Assembly (NCBI GenBank): GCA_963713615.1
Contig: CAVQMM010000001.1
Location: forward strand, 1,824,001-1,888,000
DNA length: 64,000 bases
Direction: 5' to 3'
Source of the DNA: an uncultured Chlamydiae bacterium
GTDB lineage: Bacteria > Chlamydiota > Chlamydiia > Chlamydiales > JAJFMA01
This document shows, piece by piece, positions 40,125 through 50,116 of the stretch (the first letter of the stretch is position 1; the number at the start of each line of letters is the position of its first letter). A program made the position numbers and the translations under genes. The notes under the pieces were generated by a model. The model ran no database searches and had not been told where the DNA came from. It saw only the letters and a program-made list of their open reading frames with translations.

Positions 40125-40679
40125 ATGGCAGAAACATCGCAAACACGCATCGTCCTCAAAAAGGGTGACATCACCAAGGAAACGGTGGATGTTATCGTCA
40201 ATGCTGCCAACAGCAGTTTGATGGGTGGAAGTGGTGTAGACGGAGCCATTCACAAGGCGGGAGGGCCCGCGATCCTGCAAGAATGCATAAAAATTCGCGA
40301 TCGCCAAGGCCCCTGTGCCACCGGCCAAGCAGTCATTACCACTGGTGGAAAGCTCAAGGCACGCTATGTCGTTCATACTGTAGGTCCTGTGTGGCGTGGA
40401 GGTAACTCCGGTGAAGCGACCGCCTTGCGACAATGTTACATCAACTGTTTGGCTACAGCAGGAGCGGTGGGAGCGAAAACCATCGCCTTTCCAGCCATTT
40501 CAACCGGAGCTTATGGCTTTCCCATCAGCCACGCAGCATCAGTAGCCTTTCAAGCTATCAAAGAATTTATCTCTTTTGACCACTCATTTGAAGAAATACG
40601 CTTCATTCTCTATTCACAATACGATCTGCTCATGCATCAAGAAGCTCTCAATAACATTGAGTTGTACAACGACAAATAG
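40125..40679 (+). CDS. Macrodomain O-acetyl-ADP-ribose deacetylase (YmdB-like)
   Basis: GDIT, VNAAN, GGSGVDGAIH, HTVGP, AISTGAYG; start ATG 40125. Confidence 0.92.
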   Translation: MAETSQTRIVLKKGDITKETVDVIVNAANSSLMGGSGVDGAIHKAGGPAILQECIKIRDRQGPCATGQAVITTGGKLKARYVVHTVGPVWRGGNSGEATALRQCYINCLATAGAVGAKTIAFPAISTGAYGFPISHAASVAFQAIKEFISFDHSFEEIRFILYSQYDLLMHQEALNNIELYNDK

Positions 40680-40682
40680 CTT

Positions 40683-41786
40683 ATGCGTATCTTGGTGGCT
40701 CCACAAGCATTTAAGGGTACTATTACCGGTGAACAAGCTTCTCAATCTATGGAGGATGGTATTCTACAGGTCATACCCAATGCTACGATTTTTAAATACC
40801 CACTCGCTGATGGCGGTGACGGCTCCTTGGATGTCCTCATGGGCTCTTCAGGACAACGCATGAGATCGCTAGTTAAGGATGCTTTGGGACGTCCTCACGA
40901 GGTGATGTGGGGAATTCTGTCCGATGGGCATACAGCTGTCATTGAGCTAGCGCGCATCTGTGGCCTTGCACAACTTCAAAAAGAGCGGAACAATGTCAAC
41001 ATAGCTACCACCTACGGCGTTGGAGAGGCAATCAAAGAGGCGCTGGACAAGGGTCTTCGTCGCATCATTATCGCTTGTGGAGGCAGCGCCAGCAATGATG
41101 CTGGCGTAGGCATTGCACAAGCCTTGGGAACACGCTTCCTTGACAGCAAGGGTAAAGAACTACCGCAAGGTGGGTTGGCACTAGAAAAGTTATGCCAAAT
41201 CGACCTCAGTCACCTTGATGCGCGTCTACATCAATGTGAAATCATCGCTCTGTGCGATGTGATCAACCCCTTGCTCGGCCCTCGTGGTGCCACACAGACT
41301 TATGCACGTCAAAAAGGGGCTTCAGAAACTGACATCGAAGGGCTCGAAAAGGCGATGCAACGTTTCGCTGAAATCGCTGGGCATGATGTCGGCTCACTTC
41401 CAATGGGTGGAAGCGCTGGTGGCACAGGAGCGGGACTGTATGCATTGTTAGGAGCCACGCTTGTCGAAGGTGCTCAATATATTCTTGAGGCTCTGCAGAT
41501 AGAGAAGTTTGTAAAGGATGTAAACTTAGTGCTTACCGGTGAAGGATGTCTAGATATGCAAACAGGCTTTGGCAAGGCTCCTGGGGCAATAGCACGCTTA
41601 GCTCGCAAGCATAATGTCCCTCATGTAGCTATCGTCGGTTCAGTAGAAAAAAATACTACCTTCGAAGGTTTCGATGCTGTTTTCCCTCTCTCTTGGCTTC
41701 CTTTGGAGAAACTTCCGACTCCTCAGGTGACCATTAAGGCTCTTGCCCGGTTGACTGAACAGGTTTTGCGCTTGTTGATGGAATGA
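40683..41786 (+). CDS. Glycerate kinase (GlxK/GarK family)
   Basis: APQAFKG, PLADGGDGS, GGSASNDAG, TGEG...GKAP. Confidence 0.9.
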   Translation: MRILVAPQAFKGTITGEQASQSMEDGILQVIPNATIFKYPLADGGDGSLDVLMGSSGQRMRSLVKDALGRPHEVMWGILSDGHTAVIELARICGLAQLQKERNNVNIATTYGVGEAIKEALDKGLRRIIIACGGSASNDAGVGIAQALGTRFLDSKGKELPQGGLALEKLCQIDLSHLDARLHQCEIIALCDVINPLLGPRGATQTYARQKGASETDIEGLEKAMQRFAEIAGHDVGSLPMGGSAGGTGAGLYALLGATLVEGAQYILEALQIEKFVKDVNLVLTGEGCLDMQTGFGKAPGAIARLARKHNVPHVAIVGSVEKNTTFEGFDAVFPLSWLPLEKLPTPQVTIKALARLTEQVLRLLME

Positions 41787-41850
41787 CTGCTCTACAGAAA
41801 ATGACCCTGAAGACTATACTTTTGCCTACGTTTGGCAACAAGGAGTAGCT

Positions 41851-43389
41851 ATGACAGCTAATGGCGTCCCTAGCGCCTATCCTCACATCTATCACGAATC
41901 ACTAGCGTTGTTGACTGATTTCTATCAGCTCACCATGGCTTACGGTTATTGGTGTAAAGGATTGGACAATCGGCAAGCAGTCTTCCATATGTTCTTCCGC
42001 CGTCCTCCTTTCAACGGTGGATTCGCCATCGCAGCAGGGCTACAGTCTCTTATCGAGTTCATACAGGCATTTCGTTTTACGACGTCTGATCTAGACTACC
42101 TCGCTAAGCTTCCGGGTCCTGACGGCAAGACATTATTTCATGATGGATTTCTCAAATATCTCTCCGATTTTACTTTTACCTGTGACATCGAAGCCATCCC
42201 TGAAGGTTCGGTTGTTTTCCCCTATGAACCGCTTATCCGTGTAACAGGTCCTTTAATCCAGGCGCAGCTATTAGAATCTCCTTTGCTAAACTTAATCAAT
42301 TTTCCTTCGCTGATAGCCACCAAGGCTGCGCGTGTCTGCCTCGCCGCAGGTCAAGATACTGTTTTAGAATTTGGCTTGCGCCGCGCTCAAGGCATCGACG
42401 GCTGCCTAACAGCGAGCCGATCAGCCTATATCGGTGGATGCCATGCGACGTCAAATATTCTGGCGGGTAAGCTGTTTGATATCCCTGTCCAAGGTACTCA
42501 TTCGCATAGTTGGGTGATGGTCTTCGATGACGAGGAACAGTCCTTTTCTAGCTATGCTGACGCATTTCCGACCAACTGCCTCTTTCTAGTCGACACCTAT
42601 AACACCCTTGCAGGTGTTTCTAGGGCCATTGATATCGGAAAAAAGCTTCGTCAAAAAGGCCACGAGATCCTAGGGATACGTCTAGACTCCGGAGACCTGA
42701 CATACCTCAGCGTTAAAGCCCGAGAGATGCTCGACAACGCCGGTTTTCCCAAAGCGGTCATCGTAGCAAGCAATGAACTCGATGAAAGCCTCATCGCCGA
42801 AATGAAACATCAGGGCGCCAAAGCAACAGTATGGGGTGTCGGAACCAATTTAGTGACTGGCAAGGAGTGCCCAGCCCTAGATGGAGTCTATAAGCTGTCA
42901 GCCATCCAAGAAGCGGATGCCACCTGGCAATATAAATTAAAGCTATCCGAGCAGATGCGCAAAATCTCTAATCCAGGTATCCTGCAAGTTAGTCGCTTCA
43001 GCAGCGATGGTGAGCCTGTTGGTGACGTCATCTATGACACGATTATAGGCCTGCCAGAGACATGTCAAGCGATAGATCCTCTCGATCCTACACGACAAAA
43101 GACGCTTTCAGGTAATCTTGAAAGGCACGATCTCCTTGTACCCATTTTTCGCAAAGGGCGCTGTGTCTATCAATCCCCACCAATCAGTCAAATTCGAGCC
43201 GCCACACAACGCAATCTCGCAACCTTCCACCATAGCATCAAAAGGTTTGTCAACCCGCACCAATATGTCGTAGGTCTGGAGAAAAAACTCTACGAGCTAA
43301 AAGTCAATCTAATCAAGAAAATCCGTCAGGGAGAGCCCGCTAAGATAGCCCTGGACCCCGCAGAGAAAACAAGGCCTATCACACCATGA
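41851..43389 (+). CDS. pncB: Nicotinate phosphoribosyltransferase
   Basis: TDFYQLTM, EFGLRRAQG, GTHSHSW, RLDSGDL, GVYKL. Confidence 0.95.
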   Translation: MTANGVPSAYPHIYHESLALLTDFYQLTMAYGYWCKGLDNRQAVFHMFFRRPPFNGGFAIAAGLQSLIEFIQAFRFTTSDLDYLAKLPGPDGKTLFHDGFLKYLSDFTFTCDIEAIPEGSVVFPYEPLIRVTGPLIQAQLLESPLLNLINFPSLIATKAARVCLAAGQDTVLEFGLRRAQGIDGCLTASRSAYIGGCHATSNILAGKLFDIPVQGTHSHSWVMVFDDEEQSFSSYADAFPTNCLFLVDTYNTLAGVSRAIDIGKKLRQKGHEILGIRLDSGDLTYLSVKAREMLDNAGFPKAVIVASNELDESLIAEMKHQGAKATVWGVGTNLVTGKECPALDGVYKLSAIQEADATWQYKLKLSEQMRKISNPGILQVSRFSSDGEPVGDVIYDTIIGLPETCQAIDPLDPTRQKTLSGNLERHDLLVPIFRKGRCVYQSPPISQIRAATQRNLATFHHSIKRFVNPHQYVVGLEKKLYELKVNLIKKIRQGEPAKIALDPAEKTRPITP

Positions 43390-44027
43390 GATCAGCATTA
43401 CTACTCGTCGATATTCAACGCGATTTTCTACCAGGAGGGGCTCTAGCTGTTCCCAAGGGGGACCAGATTATCCCTGTAGTGGATCGTCTATTGCAAATGC
43501 CCTTCGATCTCATCGTGGCGACTAAGGACTGGCACCCACGTGAACATGGCAGCTTTGCTCCTAATCACGATCGCAAAGTGGGCGATATCATAGAATTAGA
43601 AGGCATCGAACAAATCCTGTGGCCCATTCATTGCGTCCAAGATACCCGAGGCGCCGAGTTTGGGGAGGGGTGGGATACGTCTCGAGTGGATAAAGTATTC
43701 TATAAAGGGACAGATCCGAAGATCGATAGCTATAGCACCTTCTTCGATAATGCGAGACGTCGCTCTACGGGTTTGGAGGACTATCTTCGTTCACAGAAAA
43801 TTGAGCATGTTTTTGTGGCGGGACTTGCTACGGACTACTGTGTGAAATATTCCGCCATGGATGCCGTGGATTTAGGATTCGATACCTATCTCATTGAAGA
43901 TGCATGCCGCGGAATAGAACTACACCCCGGGGATGTTGAACACACACTAGGCATGACCAAGAGCTTAGGAGGGCATATATGCCACTCCGAAGAGGTGCCT
44001 GGCCTCCTAAAAGATGCATCGGGGTAG
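43386..44027 (+). CDS. pncA: Nicotinamidase/pyrazinamidase
   Basis: VDIQRDF, DWHP, WPIHCV, GLATDYCV. Confidence 0.95.
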   Translation: MRSALLLVDIQRDFLPGGALAVPKGDQIIPVVDRLLQMPFDLIVATKDWHPREHGSFAPNHDRKVGDIIELEGIEQILWPIHCVQDTRGAEFGEGWDTSRVDKVFYKGTDPKIDSYSTFFDNARRRSTGLEDYLRSQKIEHVFVAGLATDYCVKYSAMDAVDLGFDTYLIEDACRGIELHPGDVEHTLGMTKSLGGHICHSEEVPGLLKDASG

Positions 44028-44093
44028 CGGGATTCGAACCCACGACCTCTTCGTCCCGAACGAAGCGCGCTAGCCAAACTGCGCCATACCCCG
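44019..44093 (-). tRNA. tRNA-Pro(CGG)
   Basis: Acceptor CGGGGTA/TACCCCG-A; anticodon arm CTTCG-TTCGGGA-CGAAG; T-loop GGTTCGAATCC. Confidence 0.95.
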
Positions 44094-44113
44094 AGAAAGA
44101 AAGGAGCCAAATC

Positions 44114-44386
44114 GTGCCACATTGCATTATTGCCTGCAAGGTCATTCCTAAGGCACATAAGAGCGAAGTGGTTGGCTGGGATGCCGGTGTCCTTAAAGTA
44201 CGTTTAGCGGCCGTCCCAGAAAAAGGCAAGGCTAATGACGAACTCATCCGCCTCTTAGCCGATCAACTGGGCATCGCCAAGAGCCGCATCACCCTGATCT
44301 CGGGAGATACCAGCCGACAAAAACGTGTACGCATTGAGGGCATGAGCGAGGATACCGTCGTTGACAAAACACGGCAAAACGACTAA
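44114..44386 (+). CDS. DUF167 (YggU/UPF0235) protein
   Basis: AAGGAG then GTG 44114; KVIPKA, LKVRLAAVPEKGKANDEL, GDTSRQK. Confidence 0.88.
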   Translation: MPHCIIACKVIPKAHKSEVVGWDAGVLKVRLAAVPEKGKANDELIRLLADQLGIAKSRITLISGDTSRQKRVRIEGMSEDTVVDKTRQND

Positions 44387-44459
44387 GCTTACACCACAAT
44401 CGGTCATAAATTGTGGTGTAACTCTCTTACAACGAGTTGCTTAATTAAAGGGAACGCTC

Positions 44460-45986
44460 ATGCTTAAATTGAAGTTTTTACTGTCGGTCATTCTACTGGC
44501 ATCCGCACTGTCCTCTTTAAACGCCAAAGAATCTAAGGCGCACGAGGAAAATGCAAAACAGGAAGCTACCTCCGACGAAGAAGACTTCAAAGAGAAGTTC
44601 TCGGTCACCCAAAGTTCTGTAAAAATTGGCGGTAGAGCGGTTGACTATACTGCCACTGCTGGGAATCTGATTCTTAAGGATGATGACGGCAAGGCAAAAG
44701 CGAGCATCTTCTTCGTTGCCTATACCAGAAATGGTGTCAAAGACTACTCCGCACGGCCAATCACTTTTGTCACCAATGGCGGCCCTGGTTCATCGGCCGT
44801 CTGGCTACATCTTGGTCTTTTCGGCCCTCGACGCCTACTGATAAACGACGATGGCACCGCTTTCCCCCCTTATAATCTAGTCAATAACGAATATTCCTTG
44901 CTGGATAGCACTGACCTGGTATTCATCGACCCAGTATCTGCCGGTTTTAGCCGACCCGCTCCTGGTGAAGATGCGAAGCAGTTTCATGGAATCGATGAAG
45001 ATGTCAAGAGCCTTGCGGAATTCATTCGCCTATACATCACCCGTTACCACCGCTGGGATTCTCCTAAGTTTTTTGCCGGCGAAAGCTATGGCACCACGCG
45101 CGCCGCCGCTCTCGCTGCGCAGCTACATGACGATGAACACATTTATCTCAATGGAGTCATACTCATCTCGACGGTATTAAGCTTCCAAAGTATCGATTTT
45201 GACAAAGGTAATGACCTACCCTACGTCATTTTCTTGCCTAGTTACGCAGCAACCGCTTGGTACCACCACGCTCTTCCCGACGATTTACAAAAAAAAGCCC
45301 TTCCCGATTTTCTGAAGGAAGTCGAGGAGTTTGCTCTCAACGAATATTCCGTAGCACTGATGAAGGGCGATAAGTTAGCCAAATCAGAGAAAGATGCCAT
45401 AGCTGCGCGTCTCGCACGCTACACCGGCCTATCACCAACCTATATTAGACGTGCCGATTTACGCATTAATCTGCCCCGCTTTAGCAAAGAGCTGTTGCGC
45501 AACCAAAATCGCACCGTTGGACGTTTTGATAGTCGCTACCTAGGGATCGATTCCGATAATATTGGCGAGATGGCCGAAAATGACCCCAGCGCAGATGCGA
45601 TTTTTGGAGCCTTTACGGCAACATGGAATAACTATGTGGATACCGAACTGGGATGGCATTCCGACAAAAAATATGAGATTATTGCCAATGTTTGGCCCTG
45701 GAGTTTTGGCAAATTTTCCAATTCCTATGTCAATGTATCCGACAACCTCCGCGATGTGATGACTCGTAATCCTCGTCTCAAGGTCTTTGTCGCTAGTGGA
45801 TATTACGATTTGGCCACCCCCTACTTCGGGGCAGACTATACTTTTAACCACCTAGGACTGGATCCTAGCCTCAAGAGCAATCTCACCATCCGCGAGTATG
45901 TCGGTGGTCATATGATGTATACCTCTAAACCTTCCCTGATAAAGCTTAAGGAAGACCTAAACTCCTTCATCAAAAACGCGTCGTAA
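44460..45986 (+). CDS. S10 family serine carboxypeptidase, secreted
   Basis: Signal peptide; NGGPGSS, GESYG, GYYDLATP, GHMMY. Confidence 0.92.
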   Translation: MLKLKFLLSVILLASALSSLNAKESKAHEENAKQEATSDEEDFKEKFSVTQSSVKIGGRAVDYTATAGNLILKDDDGKAKASIFFVAYTRNGVKDYSARPITFVTNGGPGSSAVWLHLGLFGPRRLLINDDGTAFPPYNLVNNEYSLLDSTDLVFIDPVSAGFSRPAPGEDAKQFHGIDEDVKSLAEFIRLYITRYHRWDSPKFFAGESYGTTRAAALAAQLHDDEHIYLNGVILISTVLSFQSIDFDKGNDLPYVIFLPSYAATAWYHHALPDDLQKKALPDFLKEVEEFALNEYSVALMKGDKLAKSEKDAIAARLARYTGLSPTYIRRADLRINLPRFSKELLRNQNRTVGRFDSRYLGIDSDNIGEMAENDPSADAIFGAFTATWNNYVDTELGWHSDKKYEIIANVWPWSFGKFSNSYVNVSDNLRDVMTRNPRLKVFVASGYYDLATPYFGADYTFNHLGLDPSLKSNLTIREYVGGHMMYTSKPSLIKLKEDLNSFIKNAS

Positions 45987-46100
45987 AAAACGCGTCTGCA
46001 AGCTAGACTTGCGGGACTTTGGTGCTTTTCTTAAAGCTATTGGCCATTTTAAGAAAAAAACTATACTTTGTTCCTTAGCCCATGAGCAAGGAGCAAAGTC

Positions 46101-48491
46101 ATGCAAACATGCGTAGAAACGAGTCTAGAAATACCTCCGACACTCTCGCCAGAGGAAGTCGCTAAAATTAATGCTTACTGGCGAGCAGCCAACTACCTCT
46201 CGGTAGGGCAAATCTACCTTCTAGACAATCCCCTGCTGAAGGAACCTCTGGCATTAAAGCACGTAAAGCCCAGACTGCTGGGACACTGGGGTACCACTCC
46301 AGGACTAAATTTCATCTATGCACACTTGAACCGAGTCATCAAAAATAGCGACCTCGATGTCATATATCTAGCAGGTCCAGGGCATGGTGGACCAGCAATG
46401 GTAGCCAACACGTACCTAGAGGGCACCTATAGCGAAGTCTATCCCAATATCTCCCAAGATACCGAAGGGATGAAAAAGCTTTTCAAACAGTTCTCCTTTC
46501 CAGGAGGCATTCCCAGCCACGTCGCACCCGAAACGCCTGGTTCTATCCATGAAGGCGGTGAGCTCGGTTATGTCCTAGCCCATGCCTTCGGGGCGGTCTT
46601 CGACAATCCCGACCTAATCGCCTGTGCAGTTGTTGGTGACGGTGAGGCTGAAACTGGCCCTTTGGCCGCCAGCTGGCACTCCAATAAGTTTCTCAATCCG
46701 ATTACCGATGGAGCGGTGTTGCCAATCCTACATCTGAATGGCTACAAAATTGCCAACCCAACGATCTTGGCCCGCATTAGCCATCAGGAACTGGAGCAAC
46801 TCTTCCTAGGCTATGGCTACAAGCCCTATTTTGTCGAAGGCTCCGACCCCGAAACGATGCACCAAAAGATGGCTTCAACCCTTGACACCGTAATCGCCGA
46901 GATCAAAAAAATCCAACACAATGCCCGCACGCATGGGGAGACAGCCCGGCCGCAGTGGCCGATCATCATCCTACGGTCCCTCAAAGGATGGACGGGCCCC
47001 AAGGAGGTGGATGGCCTGAAAACAGAAGGCTCATGGCGCTCACATCAAGTGCCGCTGGCCGAGCTAGCCACCAAGCCTGCCCACCTACAACTTTTAGAAG
47101 AATGGCTAAAGAGCTACCAACCCCAAGAGCTATTCGACGACCATGGAAAATTAAGGGCAGATATTGCCGAGCTGGCGCCCAAGGGTAACCGACGCATGGG
47201 TGCCAATCCACATACCAATGGCGGCGTTCTGCTTAGAGACCTACGTTTGCCCAATTTCCGTGACTATGCCGTTCAACTCAATAAACCCGGACGGGTTGTC
47301 GCGGAGTCAGCACGCGTGCTAGGCACATTTCTGCGAGATGTCATGAAGCTCAATACAGATAGCCGCAACTTCAGGGTCATGGGACCCGACGAAACCGCCT
47401 CTAATCGCCTAGGAGCTCTCTTTGAAGTCACAAACCACACATGGAATGCAGACATTCTTCCTGGCGATGACCACCTATCTCCTAATGGTCGCGTTATGGA
47501 AGTTTTGAGCGAACATATGTGCCAGGGCTGGCTAGAAGGCTATCTTTTAACCGGTCGGCATGGCTTTTTCTCGTGCTACGAGGCATTTATCCATATTATA
47601 GACTCCATGTTCAATCAACATGCCAAGTGGCTAAAAACTATCCGCGGGATCCCTTGGAGACGCCCCATAGCTTCACTCAACTACTTCTTAACATCCCATG
47701 TCTGGCGCCAGGATCACAATGGCTTTTCACACCAAGATCCAGGCTTTATCGATCATGTGGTGAATAAAAAGGCTACCGTCGTCCGGGTATACCTCCCCCC
47801 AGATGCCAACACCTTGCTATCTGTCACAGATCACTGCCTACGCAGTCGTAACTACGTAAATGTCATTATTGCCGGCAAACAACCGGCATTGCAGTATCTG
47901 ACGATGGATCAGGCCATCAAACACTGCGCTAAAGGTGTAGGGATCTGGAAATGGGCAAGCAACGACTACGGCAGCGAACCGGATGTCATTATGGCATGTT
48001 GTGGAGATATCCCCACTCTGGAGACCCTGGCAGCGGTAGACCTCTTACGCCAGCACGTTCCAGAGGTCAAAATACGCGTGATCAATGTGGTAGACCTAAT
48101 GACATTACAACCGAAGACTGAGCATCCACACGGGCTGTCTGATTCAGAGTTCAACGACCTATTCACCACCGACAAACCCATCATTTTTGCCTTCCATGGT
48201 TATCCTTGGTTAATTCACCGGCTCACCTATCGCCGTACTAGCCACCAAAACCTGCATGTAAGAGGCTATAAAGAGGAAGGAACGACCACGACGCCTTTTG
48301 ATATGTGTGTCATGAATGACATTGACCGTTTCCATTTATTCATCGATGTCATGGATCGCATTCCTAGGCTAGCCACAATGCGTGCTTATGTTCGAGACAT
48401 AGCCGAAAGCAAGTTGGTGGACCACAAACATTACATCGAAGAACATGGCGAAGACATGCCAGAAATTAGGGACTGGAAATGGTCGTACTAG
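46101..48491 (+). CDS. xfp: Phosphoketolase (xylulose-5-P/fructose-6-P)
   Basis: [43 protein letters not shown]. Confidence 0.97.
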   Translation: MQTCVETSLEIPPTLSPEEVAKINAYWRAANYLSVGQIYLLDNPLLKEPLALKHVKPRLLGHWGTTPGLNFIYAHLNRVIKNSDLDVIYLAGPGHGGPAMVANTYLEGTYSEVYPNISQDTEGMKKLFKQFSFPGGIPSHVAPETPGSIHEGGELGYVLAHAFGAVFDNPDLIACAVVGDGEAETGPLAASWHSNKFLNPITDGAVLPILHLNGYKIANPTILARISHQELEQLFLGYGYKPYFVEGSDPETMHQKMASTLDTVIAEIKKIQHNARTHGETARPQWPIIILRSLKGWTGPKEVDGLKTEGSWRSHQVPLAELATKPAHLQLLEEWLKSYQPQELFDDHGKLRADIAELAPKGNRRMGANPHTNGGVLLRDLRLPNFRDYAVQLNKPGRVVAESARVLGTFLRDVMKLNTDSRNFRVMGPDETASNRLGALFEVTNHTWNADILPGDDHLSPNGRVMEVLSEHMCQGWLEGYLLTGRHGFFSCYEAFIHIIDSMFNQHAKWLKTIRGIPWRRPIASLNYFLTSHVWRQDHNGFSHQDPGFIDHVVNKKATVVRVYLPPDANTLLSVTDHCLRSRNYVNVIIAGKQPALQYLTMDQAIKHCAKGVGIWKWASNDYGSEPDVIMACCGDIPTLETLAAVDLLRQHVPEVKIRVINVVDLMTLQPKTEHPHGLSDSEFNDLFTTDKPIIFAFHGYPWLIHRLTYRRTSHQNLHVRGYKEEGTTTTPFDMCVMNDIDRFHLFIDVMDRIPRLATMRAYVRDIAESKLVDHKHYIEEHGEDMPEIRDWKWSY

Positions 48492-49633
48492 CCCCAGGAC
48501 ATCTTTTAGTCGTCAACAGTGGAAGTTCTTCACTAAAGCTTTCGCTGTTCACCTGCGGGGAAGGCCCTTGTACCAGAGTGTTCGATGCCGATTCATCTCA
48601 TTTAACTGAAGATCTGCAAACGATTCTAAGTTCCCATGGATTGGACCTCAGCACGATTCGCGCTGTAGGACATCGTTTTGTCCATGGAGGACCACGCTAT
48701 ACATCAAGCATCGTCATCACAGACGCCATTCTACAAGACCTTGAGACTCTCAATGAACTGGCCCCATTGCATAATCCCGCGTGCCTAAAGGGTATCCAAA
48801 ATGCAAAAGCGCTTGTGGGACCCCAAATTCCTCAAGTTGCTGTGTTTGACACGGCATTTCATCGCACCATGCCTCCACAAGCTCATATGTATGGAATCAA
48901 CAGAACACTAGCGAAGCAATATAGCATTCAGCGGTACGGCTTTCATGGCATAGCCCACGCCTATCTGTGGCAAGCCTACAGCCATCACAATACGGCGGCT
49001 TCTTCAACCACGCGAGTGATTACTCTGCAATTGGGGAATGGCTGCTCGATGGCTGCGATCGTAGGAGGTATATCCGTCGACACCTCTATGGGATTTACTC
49101 CAGCAGAAGGCCTTCTCATGGGCACTAGAGCAGGAAATATCGATGCTGGAGCAGTCGAATATTTATGTAGACGAGAAAACAAAAACGTCACAGACATCCT
49201 CAACCTCCTGAATACCCAATCAGGGCTGCTAGGTGTATCGGAGGCGTCGTCCGATATGCGACAACTGCTCGCCACAGAAGCTACTAGCGAAGGGGCAAGG
49301 TTAGCAATTGAGTTATTCTGCTACCGAGCTCTGAGCTATCTTGGAGCCTATATGGCCGTGCTAGGCGGTGTTGACGCAATCCTATTTTCTGGAGGCATCG
49401 GGGAAAATGCCCCGACCATCCGCGAGAGAATTCTCCATTCAATGTCTTGGTGTGGTATACATGTGGACGATGAATTAAATCAGCAAGCCATTAAATTACA
49501 TCGCGGACAGGTACGAAAGATCAGCAATGACCACTCCACCGTAGATGTATGCGTCATCGGTGTAGATGAAAATAGTTTCATCGCAGCAGAGACACAACAA
49601 CTGCTGCAAACAACAGGAGAATCCCATGTTTAG
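48479..49633 (+). CDS. ackA: Acetate kinase
   Basis: [37 protein letters not shown]. Confidence 0.95.
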   Translation: MVVLAPGHLLVVNSGSSSLKLSLFTCGEGPCTRVFDADSSHLTEDLQTILSSHGLDLSTIRAVGHRFVHGGPRYTSSIVITDAILQDLETLNELAPLHNPACLKGIQNAKALVGPQIPQVAVFDTAFHRTMPPQAHMYGINRTLAKQYSIQRYGFHGIAHAYLWQAYSHHNTAASSTTRVITLQLGNGCSMAAIVGGISVDTSMGFTPAEGLLMGTRAGNIDAGAVEYLCRRENKNVTDILNLLNTQSGLLGVSEASSDMRQLLATEATSEGARLAIELFCYRALSYLGAYMAVLGGVDAILFSGGIGENAPTIRERILHSMSWCGIHVDDELNQQAIKLHRGQVRKISNDHSTVDVCVIGVDENSFIAAETQQLLQTTGESHV

Positions 49634-50108
49634 ATCTTTGATAACATTGATATTGCTATCTTTTAGCACCTATGCGCTGGCGGACAATGATGAAGCAGGC
49701 GTAAGAAGCCTAATCAACGGTTTTGTCAAAGCTTGGAATAAACATGACCCCCAAGCCATGGCCGCCTTTTGGGCTGACGATGGTGACCTGATCGATCCGT
49801 GGGGTAAGCGTGGCAGCAACAAAGGCGCAGTGCAAAGCATCTTTATCGGCGAGCAGAAAGGCCGTCTCAAGGATGGTACGATTGAAACAACGATTGAACG
49901 CATCCGCTTTCTAACTCCCGATATTGCTCTAGTCGATGCAAGCGGCAAAATTACAGGCTTAAAAGACTCTAAGGGCAAACCACTAGACCCTTTCAACCAT
50001 CATGTCTTTTGGGTTTTGAAAAAAAATGATGGCGTCTGGAAAGCTGCTGCTGCTCGTCCCTATCAGTTGCTAAAGCCAGATCCCATCTTTGGCTTTCAAT
50101 TGCAGTAG
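49626..50108 (+). CDS. Secreted NTF2-like (SgcJ/EcaC, DUF4440) protein
   Basis: Signal peptide from ATG 49626; AWNKHD, FWADDGD, IRFLTPDIALV. Confidence 0.8.
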   Translation: MFRSLITLILLSFSTYALADNDEAGVRSLINGFVKAWNKHDPQAMAAFWADDGDLIDPWGKRGSNKGAVQSIFIGEQKGRLKDGTIETTIERIRFLTPDIALVDASGKITGLKDSKGKPLDPFNHHVFWVLKKNDGVWKAAAARPYQLLKPDPIFGFQLQ

Positions 50109-50116
50109 AGGTGATG

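Noticed and set aside
43979..44113. N-terminal extension of the DUF167 ORF
   Set aside because: Runs through the tRNA-Pro gene; RBS supports GTG 44114
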